Below, in pieces: positions 33,797 through 47,650 of a stretch of DNA of 64,000 bases. This DNA comes from Cetorhinus maximus (Eukaryota), in contig NC_135887.1 of NCBI RefSeq assembly GCF_964194155.1, positions 11,718,001 through 11,782,000 on the forward strand. Direction: 5' to 3'. The notes below the pieces were generated by a model. The model was given only the letters and a program-made list of their open reading frames with translations, searched no databases and was not told the DNA's origin. Positions within the stretch are counted from its first letter, which is position 1. Each line of letters opens with the position of its first letter. The translations under genes were made by a program, and so were the position numbers.

Positions 33797-36295
33797 ATTG
33801 TAAAGAGAGGTGAACAACTATATTGTTCACATTAAGCCAAGGGGCCATGAAAAGGAGGGGGTGTTTGCTTTCACTATTGTATGCAGTGCATCATCATGAT
33901 GGTATAATTATCATAATTAAAAGGTTTTTATGTTTATTTGTGCCAAAATTTATCTTTATTATAACTATTCATTACTAGAGCATTTATGGCCGGGCCCCCA
34001 ACACCTCCCCCACCCCCCATACAATTTCTATACTCAGATATGACCCTCCAGCCAAAGATTTTGTATTGTTCTAGACTCCTTCGATACCTGTGTACCATAG
34101 AAAGGTACAAGCTGATATCCTATCACAAGTAAAACCTGCTTTGTAATTTGAAATGTTTTTTTTGCCACATTCAGTCCAATTAATCATATATTACAACAGT
34201 GCCAACACTTCAACAAAGTACCTAATTTTCTATAAAGTGCTTTGGGGCATCCTGAGACTGTGGAAGGTGCTGCATAAATGCAAGCCTTTATCTCTTATTG
34301 GCAACATGGTTAATTCAATTAAGGGGTCTCAGCACTGCCTCGTTTGTTGATACTATTATTGCCTGCTGTTCTGTTTTGCATTGAAGTAGATATTTGGATA
34401 GCACTAGTTGTTCTTTCAGACTTGTACATCAAGTCATGTGACTGATCTGTTGGTACATAAAACAGTCTGCTGATCTTATTGCCTACAATTTATGATATTA
34501 TCCTTTAAGTGTCACCTTCTCAAAGCCCCATTCCGGTCTTAAATGCAAACCTTTTCATGTCAGCCTCTGATTATGAGGTCGCTATGGTCTTTATGAAGAG
34601 AGGGGAATTCAAAGCATTAGTATTTTCTGCACAACCATTTTATTACATTGCAAAGATGAGTGGACGGCCCATTAAATACAAGAGTCAGAATCTGGTAAAT
34701 GTGTTACTTGTTGTTCAACAATAACACATATAGTTACTACTTGTGTCTCTCTCCCACAGCAATCAAACTATTAACCAAAACTGATTTTCAGTGGAGGAGC
34801 GATTGGGCAAACATCTATCCAAAACCAACATATCATTCTAAGTGTATGTTCCCCCATCATCAGCAATCCCTGTTCTGAATTCACCTTTTCAAATGAGACC
34901 AATCCATATCATACCTCAACACCAAAGTAAAGTACCATTATGTTTTTCATTTGCCTATCAACAGGAGGGTTCCCTATACCTGGAGAACACTGTCAACACC
35001 AGCTTGCAATTACCCTTCAAGCATCCACAAGAACTGTTATTCTCTCCATACCCAATTCCAAAGTTCCCTTCTGATTTATCGTTCCTTCTTGACTTAGACT
35101 TCCTGCCAAGGGAGAATCTAACGCAGACAGCCATTAGAATGTACAGAACTGTCTCAGGTCGCCCATATTTATTATTTTCAACTACCATGTAAATGGTAGT
35201 ATGGTTTCTGTCTTGTTGACCAGAGAATACTCAGTAATTTTTTATAAAAAGGTTCCTGGTTCCACAGATCCCCCAGTCCCTTAGCCAGGGAGATTCTCTA
35301 ATCTTGACAAAGCCACTGATGCAACTAGCAAGCAGGAGAATTGCAACTTCCCCAATCTTCAGTGCTATGGCTTATGCAAGAGCAAGGGAAAGCATAAATA
35401 AGGTGACTGAGCTCAGGGTTTGTCCATCATTGTTCTGCATCAAAGGTGCATTTTTAAGCACACTTGATTCAAGACTTCTTCAAACCCCAGCTTAATGTCC
35501 TCCTTACTGAACTTCATCATCCTCCCTCCCCAAATTCCGCTTTTTTTCAAAAGTCAATTGTCCATATTTTGCCAGCATTGAAAACCCATAGGTCTTCCTG
35601 ATCGACACTGGCTTCCTGTCCCACGGTGCATTCAATTTAACCTCCTTAAGTTCATCTTTAAATCACTCCATGGCCTCATCCCACCCCTACCTTTGCTACC
35701 TTCTCCAGCCTTCCATCTCCTTTCGTAACCTCTAACTCTGACCAGTGCATTTGCTGCTCTCTTAGATCCACTATTAGTAATAGACCTTTAGCCACCTCAA
35801 CCCGACTGTGGAGTTCCCACCCAAAACCACTCTACCAGTTTACTTCTCTCCCCACTTTGAAAAGACTTTTAAAAACTTCTTCTATTGATAAGCTTTCATC
35901 ACCTCTCCAAATCCTTTCACTGTGCAAAGTACTGCACATTGGATGGAAAAACAAACAGACTCGTGGCATGAATGGTTCTGAAATAGCCAAGGATGAAGTG
36001 GTAAGCCTTACTAGACTATGCCAAACACGCTCTTCCAACGCAAAAGTTACAATCAACAAGGTCAATAGAATGTTGAACTACGCAGCAAGAAGTCAGAGGA
36101 AGTCATGTTCAAACTGTACATAATGCTGGCCAGGCCATCTCCTGAGCTCTGAACGTAAGCGAGAAATAAGAGTCTACAACCCCTCAAGCCCCCTCTGCCA
36201 ATTCAATAAGATCATGACTGACCTTTGACCTCGATTCCATTTTCCCACCTGGTTCCCATATCTCTTGATTCTCCTAGTCCCCAAAAATCTATCTG

Positions 36296-36989
36296 GGCCT
36301 GAATCTTGTGTTCATCGGGCACGTGATTGCCGGGCCCGGGAGTGGATGCGAAATGCATTTCTACCTGCGATCGGCCCCCGAATGCAATTTCACATCGGCT
36401 GGCCAAATAACAGCCAGCCAGCGCGAGACGTGCGCTGAGAAAGGCTCAGCACTGCCGGAGGGGTTGGGGGATGGTGCGGGAAGAGGGCAGGCGCCAAGCG
36501 AAGGGAGAGTGTGGACTCTCACTCCCTGGAGGCTGACGGCTGCTGCGGAGCTGCCTCAGGGAGCTGCAGTGATTTAAAAATGAAATGAGCTCAATAAACT
36601 GCTGCAAACTGTGACAATACTGTAAACACAAGCACCTGGCAGCAGACTACGCAGCAGATCATCCCTCAAATGTCTTCTTTCACTTTATTTAACCCTGGAT
36701 GCTTCAACCCGCCCTGGATGTAGTTTGTAGTGAAAATGTGAAGGCCGCCTGGCCATTTGGCCTGTCCGCCAACCGTAAAAGTGGACGGGCCGCGTAAAGT
36801 CACTGACAATTACATCCTCAATGGGCTTAATTGCCAGCGGGTGCACATCCGACTCCCGCGTGCGCCCGCCAACCATAATGTTGCGCATGAGCACAATGAC
36901 ATCGGGACTCACGCCCAACGTCGTTTTGCGCAATTTAACGTGCGTTTGGGTCGGGCACGCGCCCGACCTCGAAACGCAAGATTCACGCC
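36296..36989. mobile_element. Harbinger-type MITE, related subfamily
   Basis: Termini GGCCTGAATCTTG / CAAGATTCACGCC, with CTG on both sides. Internal similarity to 31677-32385. It sits within decayed CR1 pieces (about 35900-37365). Confidence 0.75.
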
Positions 36990-37599
36990 CTGGTTACCAA
37001 GACACAAGGGGAGATAGTGCAACAGTGGGAGCACTGCAGAGAAAATCCATGAGGCTGATTCCTTATAGAGGTCCACAAAATATTAATGATGTCAAAAAGC
37101 TGAATCTGAAATATTATTCAGTTATATTGTGGCAGTGGGACAACATGGGTTCCAACTGGCAGAAGACAACTTTCAGAATGGTATCAGGAAATTCTTCTTG
37201 ACTTAGAGTGATCAACACTTGAAATGGAATTCCAGATATAACGATGGAGTCAAATCCATGGACACAATTAAATGTTGTGATTGGGAGGCTGTCACGTGCT
37301 TTGGGGTGGATGAACTAATATAGCCTGTAAGCTCTTCCTCATCCATAATTCTTTTGTGATCATGCGATAAGATCGGCCAATAAAATTACAATGATACAGC
37401 AAATTAGAAGATCGAGCTCGTCAAAAACAAAATAATGGGGAGCGGGTTGAGGTTGGAACCAATCTGTTGTTTCCCTAGCAGCATTCCCCATGTTTAGTGG
37501 AAAATGGTCTGATTGGTGTTTTCTTACTGCTGCCTTTACCTAATTTATTTTCGATGAGCTAATGCCAATTGGAAAATCTTGCCCTGCCTGCCTTCTTTT

Positions 37600-37870
37600 T
37601 GCATTCTTTCACAGGGTGCGGGCGTCGCTGGCTAGGCCAGCATTTATTGGCCAACCTTAATTTACCTTGAGAAGGGTGGTGGTGAGCTGCCTTCTTGAAC
37701 CACTGCAGTCCAAGTGGTGTAGGTACACCCGCAGTGCTTTTAGGAAGGGAGTTCCAGGATTTTGACCCAGCGACAGTGAACTATATTGTCGTTCCTTCAA
37801 AGTCAGGATGGTGTGCGGATTGGAGGGGAACTTGCAGGTGGCGCTGGTGATGTTCCCATTCATCCGCTGC
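37600..37870 (-). mobile_element. 3' fragment of the Zenon-like LINE family
   Basis: Colinear with 1980-2220 (GGTGGTGGTGAGCTGCCTTCTTGAACCACTGCAG...GGAGGGGAACTTGCAGGTGG). Confidence 0.85.
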
Positions 37871-38199
37871 CCGGATGGACCAATGCTATATGTTCATTGG
37901 AATATCATTGGGAAATTATCTTCAAAGGAAAAGTGGCAAAATGTGGACATCTCACTAATGGGAAAATGTCCATCTAAAACATTTTTTTATGGATAGTCTA
38001 AACCAATGATGGGCAACCTAGGCTAGTGAGCGGGCTGCAGAAGTGGACCTCCTTCATCTCAGCGGGCCGCAAGACTGAAATCGGGCATGTGCACTAACCA
38101 TGACCCCCATGAATAAAATTAAATACATTTAATACACGTTGAATATTTCATAAAGAGTTATAGAAAATGACAGCGCTTCATCAACAATTCCGCAGGTGT

Positions 38200-41100
38200 G
38201 ACACCTGTTGTCGAACGAGGTGTGGTTCTATAATGGAAAAGAAATCACGCTAGTTTAATCGTTATCGAATCTCCAGATAATTTCTTCAAACCAGATTTAA
38301 ACGTCTGAACTACTCTCTCAGCAAGTCCATTGGAAGAGGGATGGTATGGGGATGTTTTCACATGAACTTGTGGCTTGTAAATCGGCTAAATTCAGCGCTT
38401 GTGAATACTGTCCCATTATCTGATACCAGCACTTCAGGTAATCCATTAATAACAAAGCTTTGTCGTAGCTTGTCTATTGTCGCTGAAGATGTGGGTGACC
38501 TCACTTCGTATACATCCATCCATTTTGAATGAGCGTCTATGATAAGGGGAAACATTGTTCCTATAAAAGGTTCGACATAGTCGAGGTGTACTCGTACCCA
38601 TAGCCTTCCTTGCCACTCCCAGGGGTGTAACGGGGCTGTTGCAGGTCATTTTTGTACGTGTTGACGTCGCATCCAACTTCTCACCAAGTTTTCTATTTCT
38701 CCATCCAGTCCCGACGACCACATATAGCTATGTGTTATTGCCTTCATTTTGGAAACTCTGGGATGTGAAGTGCGAAGTTCAGCTAACAGTGGCTTTTGTC
38801 CTTTTTGAGGAACTCGAGCTCCCTACAATAAAATACCTTCTTCGCTGGTTATCTCGTATTTTCTCTGGAAATACGGTTTCATTTCATCGGATTCTTGTGT
38901 TTCTGACCAACCAGAAAGAACTTGATTTCTCACTTTGGTAAGACTGAGTCTCGATCTGTCCGATCTTTAATTTGTTTAGCACATATCGGTGATGAGTCCA
39001 GGAAGTTTAACAACAAGACGTATTCCTGAGGAATTGGAACATCCTCATCTTTTACATGCAAGGGTAAACGACTGAGTGCCTCTGCACTTACAATTTGACT
39101 TCCAGGTCTATGAATAAAAGTGTACTCATTCGCTGCCAAGATCAATGCCCATCTTTGTACTCTTGCCAAGGCTACAGGACGTTTAGTCTTGTCTTCACCA
39201 AATAGTCCTAATAATGCCAAGGCTACAGGACATTTAGTCTTGTCTTCACCAAATAGTCCTAATAATGCTTTATGGTCTGATATCATAGTAAAATGACAAC
39301 CGTGCACATATTGATGAAACTTCTTAACACCGAAAATGATCACCAGGCCTTCTTTTTCAATTTGAGAGCACTTTTTCTTGGCAGTACTAAGTGTTCTCGA
39401 CACATATCCTATAGGTCACTCTGATCCATCATCCATTCGATGGGAAAGCACTGCTCCCACTCCATAAGGTGATGCATCACATGTTAATATCATCTCTTTC
39501 TTTGGGTCAAAATGTCCTAGAAGGGTAGAAGACTGTAGCAGCTTTTTCACTTTTGTGAAAGCTTCTTCTTGTGGTGTTTGCCATGACCATCTCTGGATTT
39601 TCTTGAGCAAGTAATGCAATGGTGCTAGTTCTGTCGACAAATTAGGCAAGAAACATCCATAGTAATTGATCATCCCCAAGAATGATTTCAGTTTGGATGT
39701 ATTCCTTGGTTCTGGAGCTTCTTTAATGGCTTTCACTTTTTCTTCAACTGGGTGTAGGCCTTGTGAATCGACCTTGTGACCTGGGTGAGTTACCTCTTTT
39801 GCCTGGAATGTGCACTTTTCCTTTTTCAACCTCACTCCCACCTGCGAAAAACATTTCAGAGCTTCTTCCAAATTCATCAAATGTTCCTTTTCAGTGAGTC
39901 CAGTCATGAGAACATCGTCCAAATAAACTACAACATGGGGCAACTCCTATAACATGTTTTCCATGGCTCTTTGGAATATGGCACAAGCAGAAGATGCGCC
40001 AAATGGTAATGGTTGTATTGATACAATCCCTTATGTGTATTTATGGTGCCAAACTTCCGGGATGCCTTCTCTAATTCCAGTCGCTGGTAGGCGTGACTCA
40101 AATCTAACTTTGTGTAGGCCTTTCCACCTGCCAGTTTAGCGTATAAATCTTCCATTTTAGGTATGGGGGTGTCTATCCAATTTAGCAACTTTATTGATTG
40201 CTAATTTGTAGTCCCCACATATTCGAATACTTCGGTCAGGTTTGAGAACAGGTACAATTGGAGCTGCCCACTCTGAAAATTAAACTGCTGTATCATTCCC
40301 AGTTTTTCTAACCTGTCCAGTTCGGCGCCTACCTTATCCCGCATTGCAAAAGGTACTGATCTTGAATCATGAATCTTGGTGTTGACTCTGCATCTACATG
40401 AATTTTTGCTTGTAGCCCCTCAATTTTTCCCAAGTTCTTCCTTGAAAACTGAGGCATATTTTTGAAGTAGCTATGATAACCCATTAGTTCTCAGTTGGAA
40501 GATTTTAGCCCATTCCAATTTAATTTCTGTCAGCCAGTTTCGTTCGAGGAGACTAGGTCCCTCACCTGCTGCTACCATTAAAGGTAATCTCTCTGTTTGA
40601 CCCTCATAGTGTACTGTGACTTTAAATATGCCCTTGACTTGTATGTCTTCTCCTGTGTAAGTTTTTAATTTTTCATCAGTTACTTCTAAATTCAACTTAA
40701 CGTTCTCCATGACTCAGATATGTGAATGTATGCTCACCAATCACCGTATTGCTCCACTGTCCACCTCCATTCTGATAGGCCTCTCATTCACTCTCATGGT
40801 TACATAGATAGGCTCCGTTATTCCTACCTTTAAATTATATAGCGAATAAATATCAGCATCTATTTACTTCAGGATTTTCAGTGCTGATTATCTCATTGGG
40901 TTTTTGCTTTTGTCTGAAAGTCTGCCTGATTCTATCTTTACAATGGCTCATGAGGTGTCCATTTCGATGGCATAAGAAACATTCAACCTTTTTAAACTGT
41001 GGTTCATTACAAGGTTGTCTGCTTCCACCTCTGTGACTATTATACCGTGTTTTTTCTGCTAGGTTATCCCTTTTAATTTGTCCGCTAGTGGCGGCTGCTT

Positions 41101-41540
41101 CCCGCTTCGGAACAAAGCTCTGCACTTTCCCGCTCTTTTTGGTTGGGGCTCCCCGCCCAACATGGAGGGTGGCGCCATTTTGCGCTCCTCAAATGGCTTC
41201 TGAGTCGCGCCTTCCATTGCAAGAGCGATTTCGAACGTCTTCGGAAAATCGGGATTTGTTTCTGGCAACAATCTCCTCTGGATCAAATTCTTGTTTATAC
41301 CGCGCACCAAATGATGTCTAAGCATATCATTAACAGAAGAACCAAACTCGCAATATTCAGTTAATTGCTTTAGACTCGCTACATAACAAGCGACTGTCTC
41401 CCCTGCAGCTCTGCTTCTTGAGTTAAAGTTGCATCGTCACCGACGGCTTGGGCTGGCAATGATTCCTCCCAAGGTTCAGTAAATCATCAAAACTTTTTGA
41501 GCCTGGGCACTAGGTGCTAACAGACTCCAGATTAGTCCAT
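38200..41540 (-). mobile_element. Decayed Gypsy/Ty3 LTR-retrotransposon internal region (gag-PR-RT-RH-IN)
   Basis: gag MLRHHLVRGI..IQRRLL; zinc knuckle CFLCHRNGHLMSHC; protease-region GEGPSLLERNWL; RT TKLDLSHAYQ and VVYLDDVL; RNase H CDASPYGVGAVL and SQIEKEGL; integrase IIDAHSKW and GLPEVLVSDNG. The domain order is Gypsy. Many frameshifts; no LTRs recognised. Confidence 0.93.
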
Positions 41541-42150
41541 GGGCTGAATTCTCTGGTCGGCAAGCAGGGGGCGGGGCCTGCTCGCCGACACGTAAAATGA
41601 TGCACCGTGACATCAGGCGGACGTCCCGACGTCACCGCGCGTCATTTAGATTTCCACCCGCCGGACTGTCAAAGGCCTACTAAGGCCTGTTAAAAACTAA
41701 TTGAAGCAATTCAATGAGCTGCCCGTCCAACCTTAAGGCAGGCGGCGGGGGGAGGGGGGGCAGGCGAAAAGCCCAGGCGGCCTTCGCATTCTTCATGAAA
41801 CTTCATCCACGGGCGGGATGAGGTTTCATGAAGTGTTTTAAAATTCAATAAAAAATTTTTAAATAATTCTTTGACATGTCCCAGCTCATGCGACAGTGTG
41901 ACATGAGGGGAAATGTTTTAAAAGTTTTTAATTACTTTATTTCAGTTTTTAAATATCAAACTGATCTCCCTGTGCCAGCTCTGTGCCTCGGGGAGGTTTC
42001 TGCGCTCTTTCGCGCTCAAGCCCCGACTCAGGGAATCCCTCCCCTGCCCGCACAGCGCTTCCGGGCGCACGTCACGCTGAGCGGGCCTTAATTGGCCTGT
42101 CCACGTAAAATGGCATCGTGGCCCCGATCGGGTTGGAGCCCGCCCCCACA
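41541..42150. mobile_element. MITE of the 31677-32385 family in reverse orientation, right end missing
   Basis: GGGCTGAATTCT..GCAGGGGGCGGGGCCTGCTCGCCGACACGTAAAATGA is the reverse complement of 32325-32385. It abuts the Gypsy gag. Confidence 0.85.
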
Positions 42151-43029
42151 CAACCCCACCTCAGGTGCGACTGCACAAGTGACAGCAGTACTCCAGCACC
42201 ACACCATGCAGCCATTTTTCACCTCTGAGTCTGATTGAGGCCTAGGCTTTTTGTCCCCTTCCTCACACATTTCTGGCGAACCGAGGGGGTGGTGAACAAG
42301 AATAGATAGCTGCTCGGGCCTAAGCTTCGCCACATCGCCGTCTCTTGCCCTCTGCGCCAGAGGTCAGTCCCGCGGTGCAGGCCCACATCAATCAGCCAAC
42401 AGTGAGGGAAATGCAGCCTTCGCCTTTGCCCAGCTTGAATGCCAGTTAGAAGGAGCTGCCAGTTTGGTCCCAGCGTCCAAAGATCAGCAGATGGAAAAGG
42501 AGAAGGCTGCTGGCACTGAGGGCACGCACTTCCCTATTCAAGGAGTGCCATGCACAAGCCCTAGAAGAGGGTTTTAATTTGTTGTATGCTCCAATGCAGT
42601 GACAGTGAGGGGCCTCCCTGGCCTACTAACAATTTCAGCATCAATTCTGACATAACCCCCCAAGTGCAAACAGTGAGTTCAAGTAACCCTAGGACTGCAA
42701 ACACAGCGAGAGGGTGGGGTGGGTTCATGAAGCCCATTCCAAGGTAGGTGGATGTCACCTCCCCACATCCCCAAACCAAAAGGTTTAGGCTTAAGTGTTG
42801 TCAGGCTATACTCCACTGTGGGCATCATATTCTCCTCACTCAGCATCCTCATATATGACTTTCTAACAGGGTGAATCAGACAACAATCAGTGGTAGTTAA
42901 TCCGGGCTGCTTTTTTTTTCACCTTTTCCAGTTCAGGAGCACAGAGATAAGGTGCAGTGAAGCTGCAGCCAACTCAGCCAAGACCAGCCAACCCAGCGCC
43001 GGTTAAGGAATTGAACCTCTTTCAGCCAA

Positions 43030-43400
43030 GCCTCAGTTTTGAAAACTCTCAGCGGTGTTTTCAAATCGCTCCATGGCCTCTCCCTATCTCCGTAACCTCC
43101 TAACCTCCGTAATATCCGTGCTCCTTCAATCCTAGCGTCTTGCACATTTGTTGCTCCATTGGTGGCCATGCCTTCAGCTGACTAGGGTCTGGAATTTCCT
43201 TTCTAAACCTCTCCACCTCTCTCTCTCTCTCTCTCTCTCTCTCATTCCTGCACCTTAAAAACCTCCTCTTTTTGGTCAAACTTGTCCTACCATCTGATTT
43301 TGCGGTTTGATGTCAAAAATTATGTTCAACGATCACCCCGGTGAACTGCCTTGGGACGTTTGACCACATCAAAGGTGCTATACGAATGCAAGTTGTTGTC
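43030..43400 (+). mobile_element. L2-type LINE 3' fragment
   Basis: TCAAATCGCTCCATGGCCTC...GCCTTCAGCTG...GCCTTGGGACGTTT..AAAGGTGCTATACGAATGCAAGTTGTTG. Confidence 0.72.
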
Positions 43401-43907
43401 ATTTGGCTAGGACAGGGTGTTAGCAGGTGAACCCACCAGGAGTGCACGTAATCTTATTCTCGTACTCACAAATTAAACATTGTAAAAGTAATGATCATAT
43501 TATTCATTTTGCTGAACACCAGGATCATGTGGCAGAACAACTTTCTGCGTGGTTGTGTGGGCCAGTGTTTCTGCCGCATCGGAATGTTTTGGTGATGCAC
43601 CTAAAATTGCCACGTCACCCTGGACAAAGATTTCCCAATATTAAAGGAGCATCTTGGCGTATGTAGAAAGTTTGCCCGTCAAAGATTAACACAAAGAAAA
43701 ACAAAGGGCACGGCCCTTTAGTGAGCTGGCCACTGTGTTTTGATAGGGTGGCTCGTCAAGCGTGGAGAACTGTGTGTGAATATCCTAACCCGACGTGTTT
43801 ATGTTTTATCACACCACAAAACTATGGCCAACCTAGGAGTTCAGAGTTTTCTTCATCACAAGAGTGGGGAAACATAAACTCATTATTACCTGAAAGGACC
43901 CATCATC

Positions 43908-44325
43908 GTCCCGTGGCTTGGTGGGCAGTATTCTGACTCAGAAGGTTGCGGGTTCAAGTACGATTCCAGAGCAGTGCTGAGGGAGTGCTGCAGTGTCGGA
44001 GGTGCTGTCTTTTGGATGAGACATTAAACTGAGGTCTCATCTGCCTCTCAGATGGACGCAGAAGGTACCGTGCCACCATTTTAAAGAAAGGCAGGGGAGT
44101 TCTCCAGGCAAATATTTGCACTTTAACCACCGCCTAAAAGCAGATTACCTCAACATCATCATCATCACATTGCCCTTTTTGGGAGCTTTCTGTGTGCAAA
44201 TTTGCCATGTTCCTCACATTACAACAGTGACTACACATAAACAAGTACTTAATTGGTTATAAAGATCATCAGGACATTCTGAGGTTATGAAGATGCTGCA
44301 TAAATACAAGTTTCTTTTTTTTCTT
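43908..44325 (+). mobile_element. DeuSINE-like element (SacSINE1/AmnSINE1-related)
   Basis: tRNA-like head (GTGGCTTGGTGG...GGTTCAAGT), Deu-domain-like GGAGGTGCTGTCTTTTGGATGAGACATTAAACTGAGG..GCAGGGGAGTTCTCC, and an L2-like tail ending ATAAATACAAGTTTC. Confidence 0.75.
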
Positions 44326-44959
44326 TCTTGAGTATCCTAAGGTCTCATCTTAAGGTTGTTGCATTGAATTTCCATTGGTAGGCTGTAGAAATGGCAAAGC
44401 TCAATTGATAATGGCCTTTAAAAAAGCCATCTCTCTGTATACATGGATTGACTATGCAATATCCAATTATGACGCCATCAACCAATACAGTGATAACTTA
44501 TCTACCTCTCCGGTTATCTTTCCTTTTCAAAGTGGGGGTGAGAATTCATGTTTTCTGCTAATCTTTAAGCCAGTGAATATTCCTCCCAGATCTGAGTAAG
44601 TTGGGGTCAATTTGGAGTACACTCTGTTGGCCTGCAGTATTTTGCTGAGGATAAACACATGTCAACACAATCAGGGATTGGCGGTTGTCAAGGATACAAT
44701 GCAGTCACAAGTGGCACAGAAGAAAAGATGGCAACCAAAAGAGGATTGTAGACAAGGAAATATGGGAAACAGGCAAGAAAGGAGAAAGTGACCAATACAA
44801 ACTGGAAACCAATAGCAGATCTTGGAGGACAAGCCTGTTTTCCAGCTGGATAATTGTCACCAACCTGAAACCAGGTGTGGTGCTGTGATTAGGCCTGGTA
44901 AACATTTAATGAAATTTGTGTTTCCCTCAGGGCTAGCGTTGGGTGAACCAAACCACAAA

Positions 44960-45800
44960 ATAGTTACTGATAAAGAAGGCCATCTTTATTCATCCATCTA
45001 GAGATATCCTAAAATTCCCTCCATGGTATTATCAGTTGTTTCCTTTAAAATCCTCTCTCCATTTTTGTCTTCCTAGAAGTCTATCCCATGTAATAATCAC
45101 TCAGGACAAAGAATAATTTCCCAATCAGATCTAAATTATTTTTTATTAATTTGAACCTGTATACCTTTGTTCAACTTTAACTTTTCCACCCCATAACTAA
45201 TTTATTTAACGCTAATATCATCTCCAAAACCTTGTCTTGTGGGTGACAATGCCAAGTGTCCCCAGTCTTTCGTCATAGGTCAGACCTTTGATGCTAGAGA
45301 TCAGCCTAGTCACTCTTCTCTGTATTTTCTCTGGCACTTGAATGTCTTCTGTATGTCCAGAATTGTACGCAGTGCTCAAGGTGTGACCTCTCACGGGACA
45401 GTGCAATTTGATCATTATTCCCTCTTGCTGTCTGGCTATTTTGTTGAAAATTCAATGGCTTTGCTATTGATTGGACATGGTGAGTGTCAAGTCTACCAAG
45501 ACTCCTCGGTCTGTTTCACGTTCATCTTTAGCTATTTCAACACCATTCATAAAGTATGCATTTGTTTTCCTCGCTATAAGAAATAATTTACACTTGTCTG
45601 CATTCACTTTCATCTTTGTCACTGTTGTGTTCACTTAGATATTTCATCCAATTCCTTTCTGAGTTCCAATTCCACCACCTTTCCTGGTTTGGGTTAATCT
45701 GCAAATTTAGCCACATTGCATTCAAGTTTCTAAATCCAAGTCATTTCTGTAGAAGTAGAAAGCAGTGGTGGTCCTCACACTGACTCCTGCGAATGCCACG
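44960..45800 (-). mobile_element. Highly decayed CR1 LINE 3' portion
   Basis: EKIQRRVTRLISSIKGLTYDERL in ORF 45218-45415; a reverse-strand AAATTTGCAGAT (KFAD) motif near 45700. Confidence 0.7.
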
Positions 45801-47189
45801 GACTACTAAGATAGGTGGAAGTCGTGGCTGGAAGTCGTGGCTGGATGCAGATACGTTAGGTGGTAAGGTGAGCTGATTTGAAAATTGTGGGTATGTGGAT
45901 ATAGAGATTTGTAAGAAAGCATGGAGAGAGGAAGAGGCTGTTAGTATGCCAGTGAGATACCTGAGGGTGCAGCAAAGATGGGGTTAGGGTAGATTGCTAG
46001 ACACCAGAGAAGAAAGAGTTAAGGATGCAAAAGGCTATGAAGGGGTTGGTGATGGTAGCAGCCAACACGAGTGAGGGAGCAAGTATGATTGTGAATGAGT
46101 CCAAGTGTCACAAACATCTTAATGCCTGATAGTTTTGCTCTTTCTTTGCTGTTTACACTACCAGCCCCCTATTTAATGAAAGTCTGCATCTGTCTTACAT
46201 CCATAGATCAAGTTATAAGTCAAAGTTGTCGTCTTTTTTGAACAATATCGTTGGTCTCTGTCCTCATGTACTGTATAAAGGAAGCTAATTCTGCAGAAAG
46301 CTATTCACCTTGTGCCCAGATTCTGCAACAACAGAGTCAAGCACTCCTCACACCAGAGGAAAAATACATGTAGCACAGTTAAAGTTTAAAAGTAAGTAGG
46401 TTAGGTCAGAATATTCTGACACTACAGCTATAGTAATTGCAGAAGTTCAATTCTAAGGGGTGCTACACTAGAAGGGATTGTTAATAAATATACACACACT
46501 CTTCTACTCTTGTTTAAATTGCACTTTCCTTTCCCTCTCCTGGGGAAGGTGCTTCCTGATGGTAGGGTCTAGTTCTTAAAGAATGAATGGTGTCAGTCTA
46601 TTTAACAGCAAGTGCCATCACAGCAGATGTTTATTCTATCCTTAGCCAACATTCATAAACATACACGTTTCCAACAGGATGTTGGGAAGAGGATAAGGAG
46701 ATAGCAATCAGTGAAGAAATGCAACAGTTTATTACCTCTCCTCCTACCCTACCACAGGGACATGGTGGCCATCCATAGTATCCACACCTCTATCCCAGTA
46801 CAAATCAGATAGCCCATCCCAGGGTCAAGGAAACATTCATTTCACCATCCAGGGATCCAGAATAAATTCACTCCTTTCCTCAACCTGCCTCCCTTGATAG
46901 GCATCCCAGAGCCCAAGGTGAATTCAATCCCCCATCAAATAAAAATTAATCCCTCCATCCAAGGGACTTAGGGTGAATCTACACCCTTGACCCAGGGTCC
47001 TAGGATAAATTCACTCTCCACAACCCAGGGCAGTGGTTGAATTCACTGCCCTCTGCCAATGTTTTACTCCTGATAGCCAGTTGGTGAGGGAAAAATCCAA
47101 AGCCAGTCTTTGCTTAGAGTAGAACTGTTCACAGAGTGAAACATTGCCTGACTCCACTCAACTCAACTCTTGTGTCAGTGTCTCTTTAC

Positions 47190-47650
47190 TCTTTTGAGCA
47201 ACTAAATAAATTAATTTAAAGAAAACGAGGGACAAAGTAAGAAGCATCCCCTTAAAGAGGTACTGCACAAGGAAAAACTAATCTCAAAAGTAAACTTACG
47301 ACATCAAAATAAAATGTAATTCAAGGGGTCAATAAAGCACCCCAGCCCCCACAGTGCCCATCATGCACAGAAGGCCTCCATGGTGCCGGTGGACACTCTC
47401 CAGGGACACCCGGCTGTGAACTTAGCCGTGGAAGAGGGGCAATCAGTCAGACTGGTTGACCCCCTTGGTCACCCATTGCTTGGGCCTGTTAATGGCCAAC
47501 TTGGACCTGTTAACGGCCAACTTGGCCAAGCCCAGGAGCAGGAGCAGGTTCACGAGGAGGTCCTCCTCCTCCTTCCCCGCCCCACTCTGCTCTGCCCCGC
47601 ACTGCACCAGCTACCCATAGATCAGGAGCATGGGGCTGAAGTGCTAACAA
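47190..47650 (-). mobile_element. Tx1/L1-clade ORF2 C-terminal fragment and 3' UTR
   Basis: The reverse strand reads ..LIYG..LVNLLLLLGLAKLAVNR..DCPSS..RVSLE..STGTMEAF. A related plus-strand fragment lies at about 50690-50880 (PLIFGHPVQR). Confidence 0.6.

Noticed and set aside
33165-33848. Long ORFs spanning 33.2-33.8 kb
   Set aside because: Artefacts of the N gap and the AG microsatellite.
38002-38090. hAT-like terminus CAATGATGGGCAACCT (also CAGGCTTGGGCAACCTGTGGCCC near 30034)
   Set aside because: No matching second terminus or 8-bp TSD could be located, so boundaries cannot be supported.
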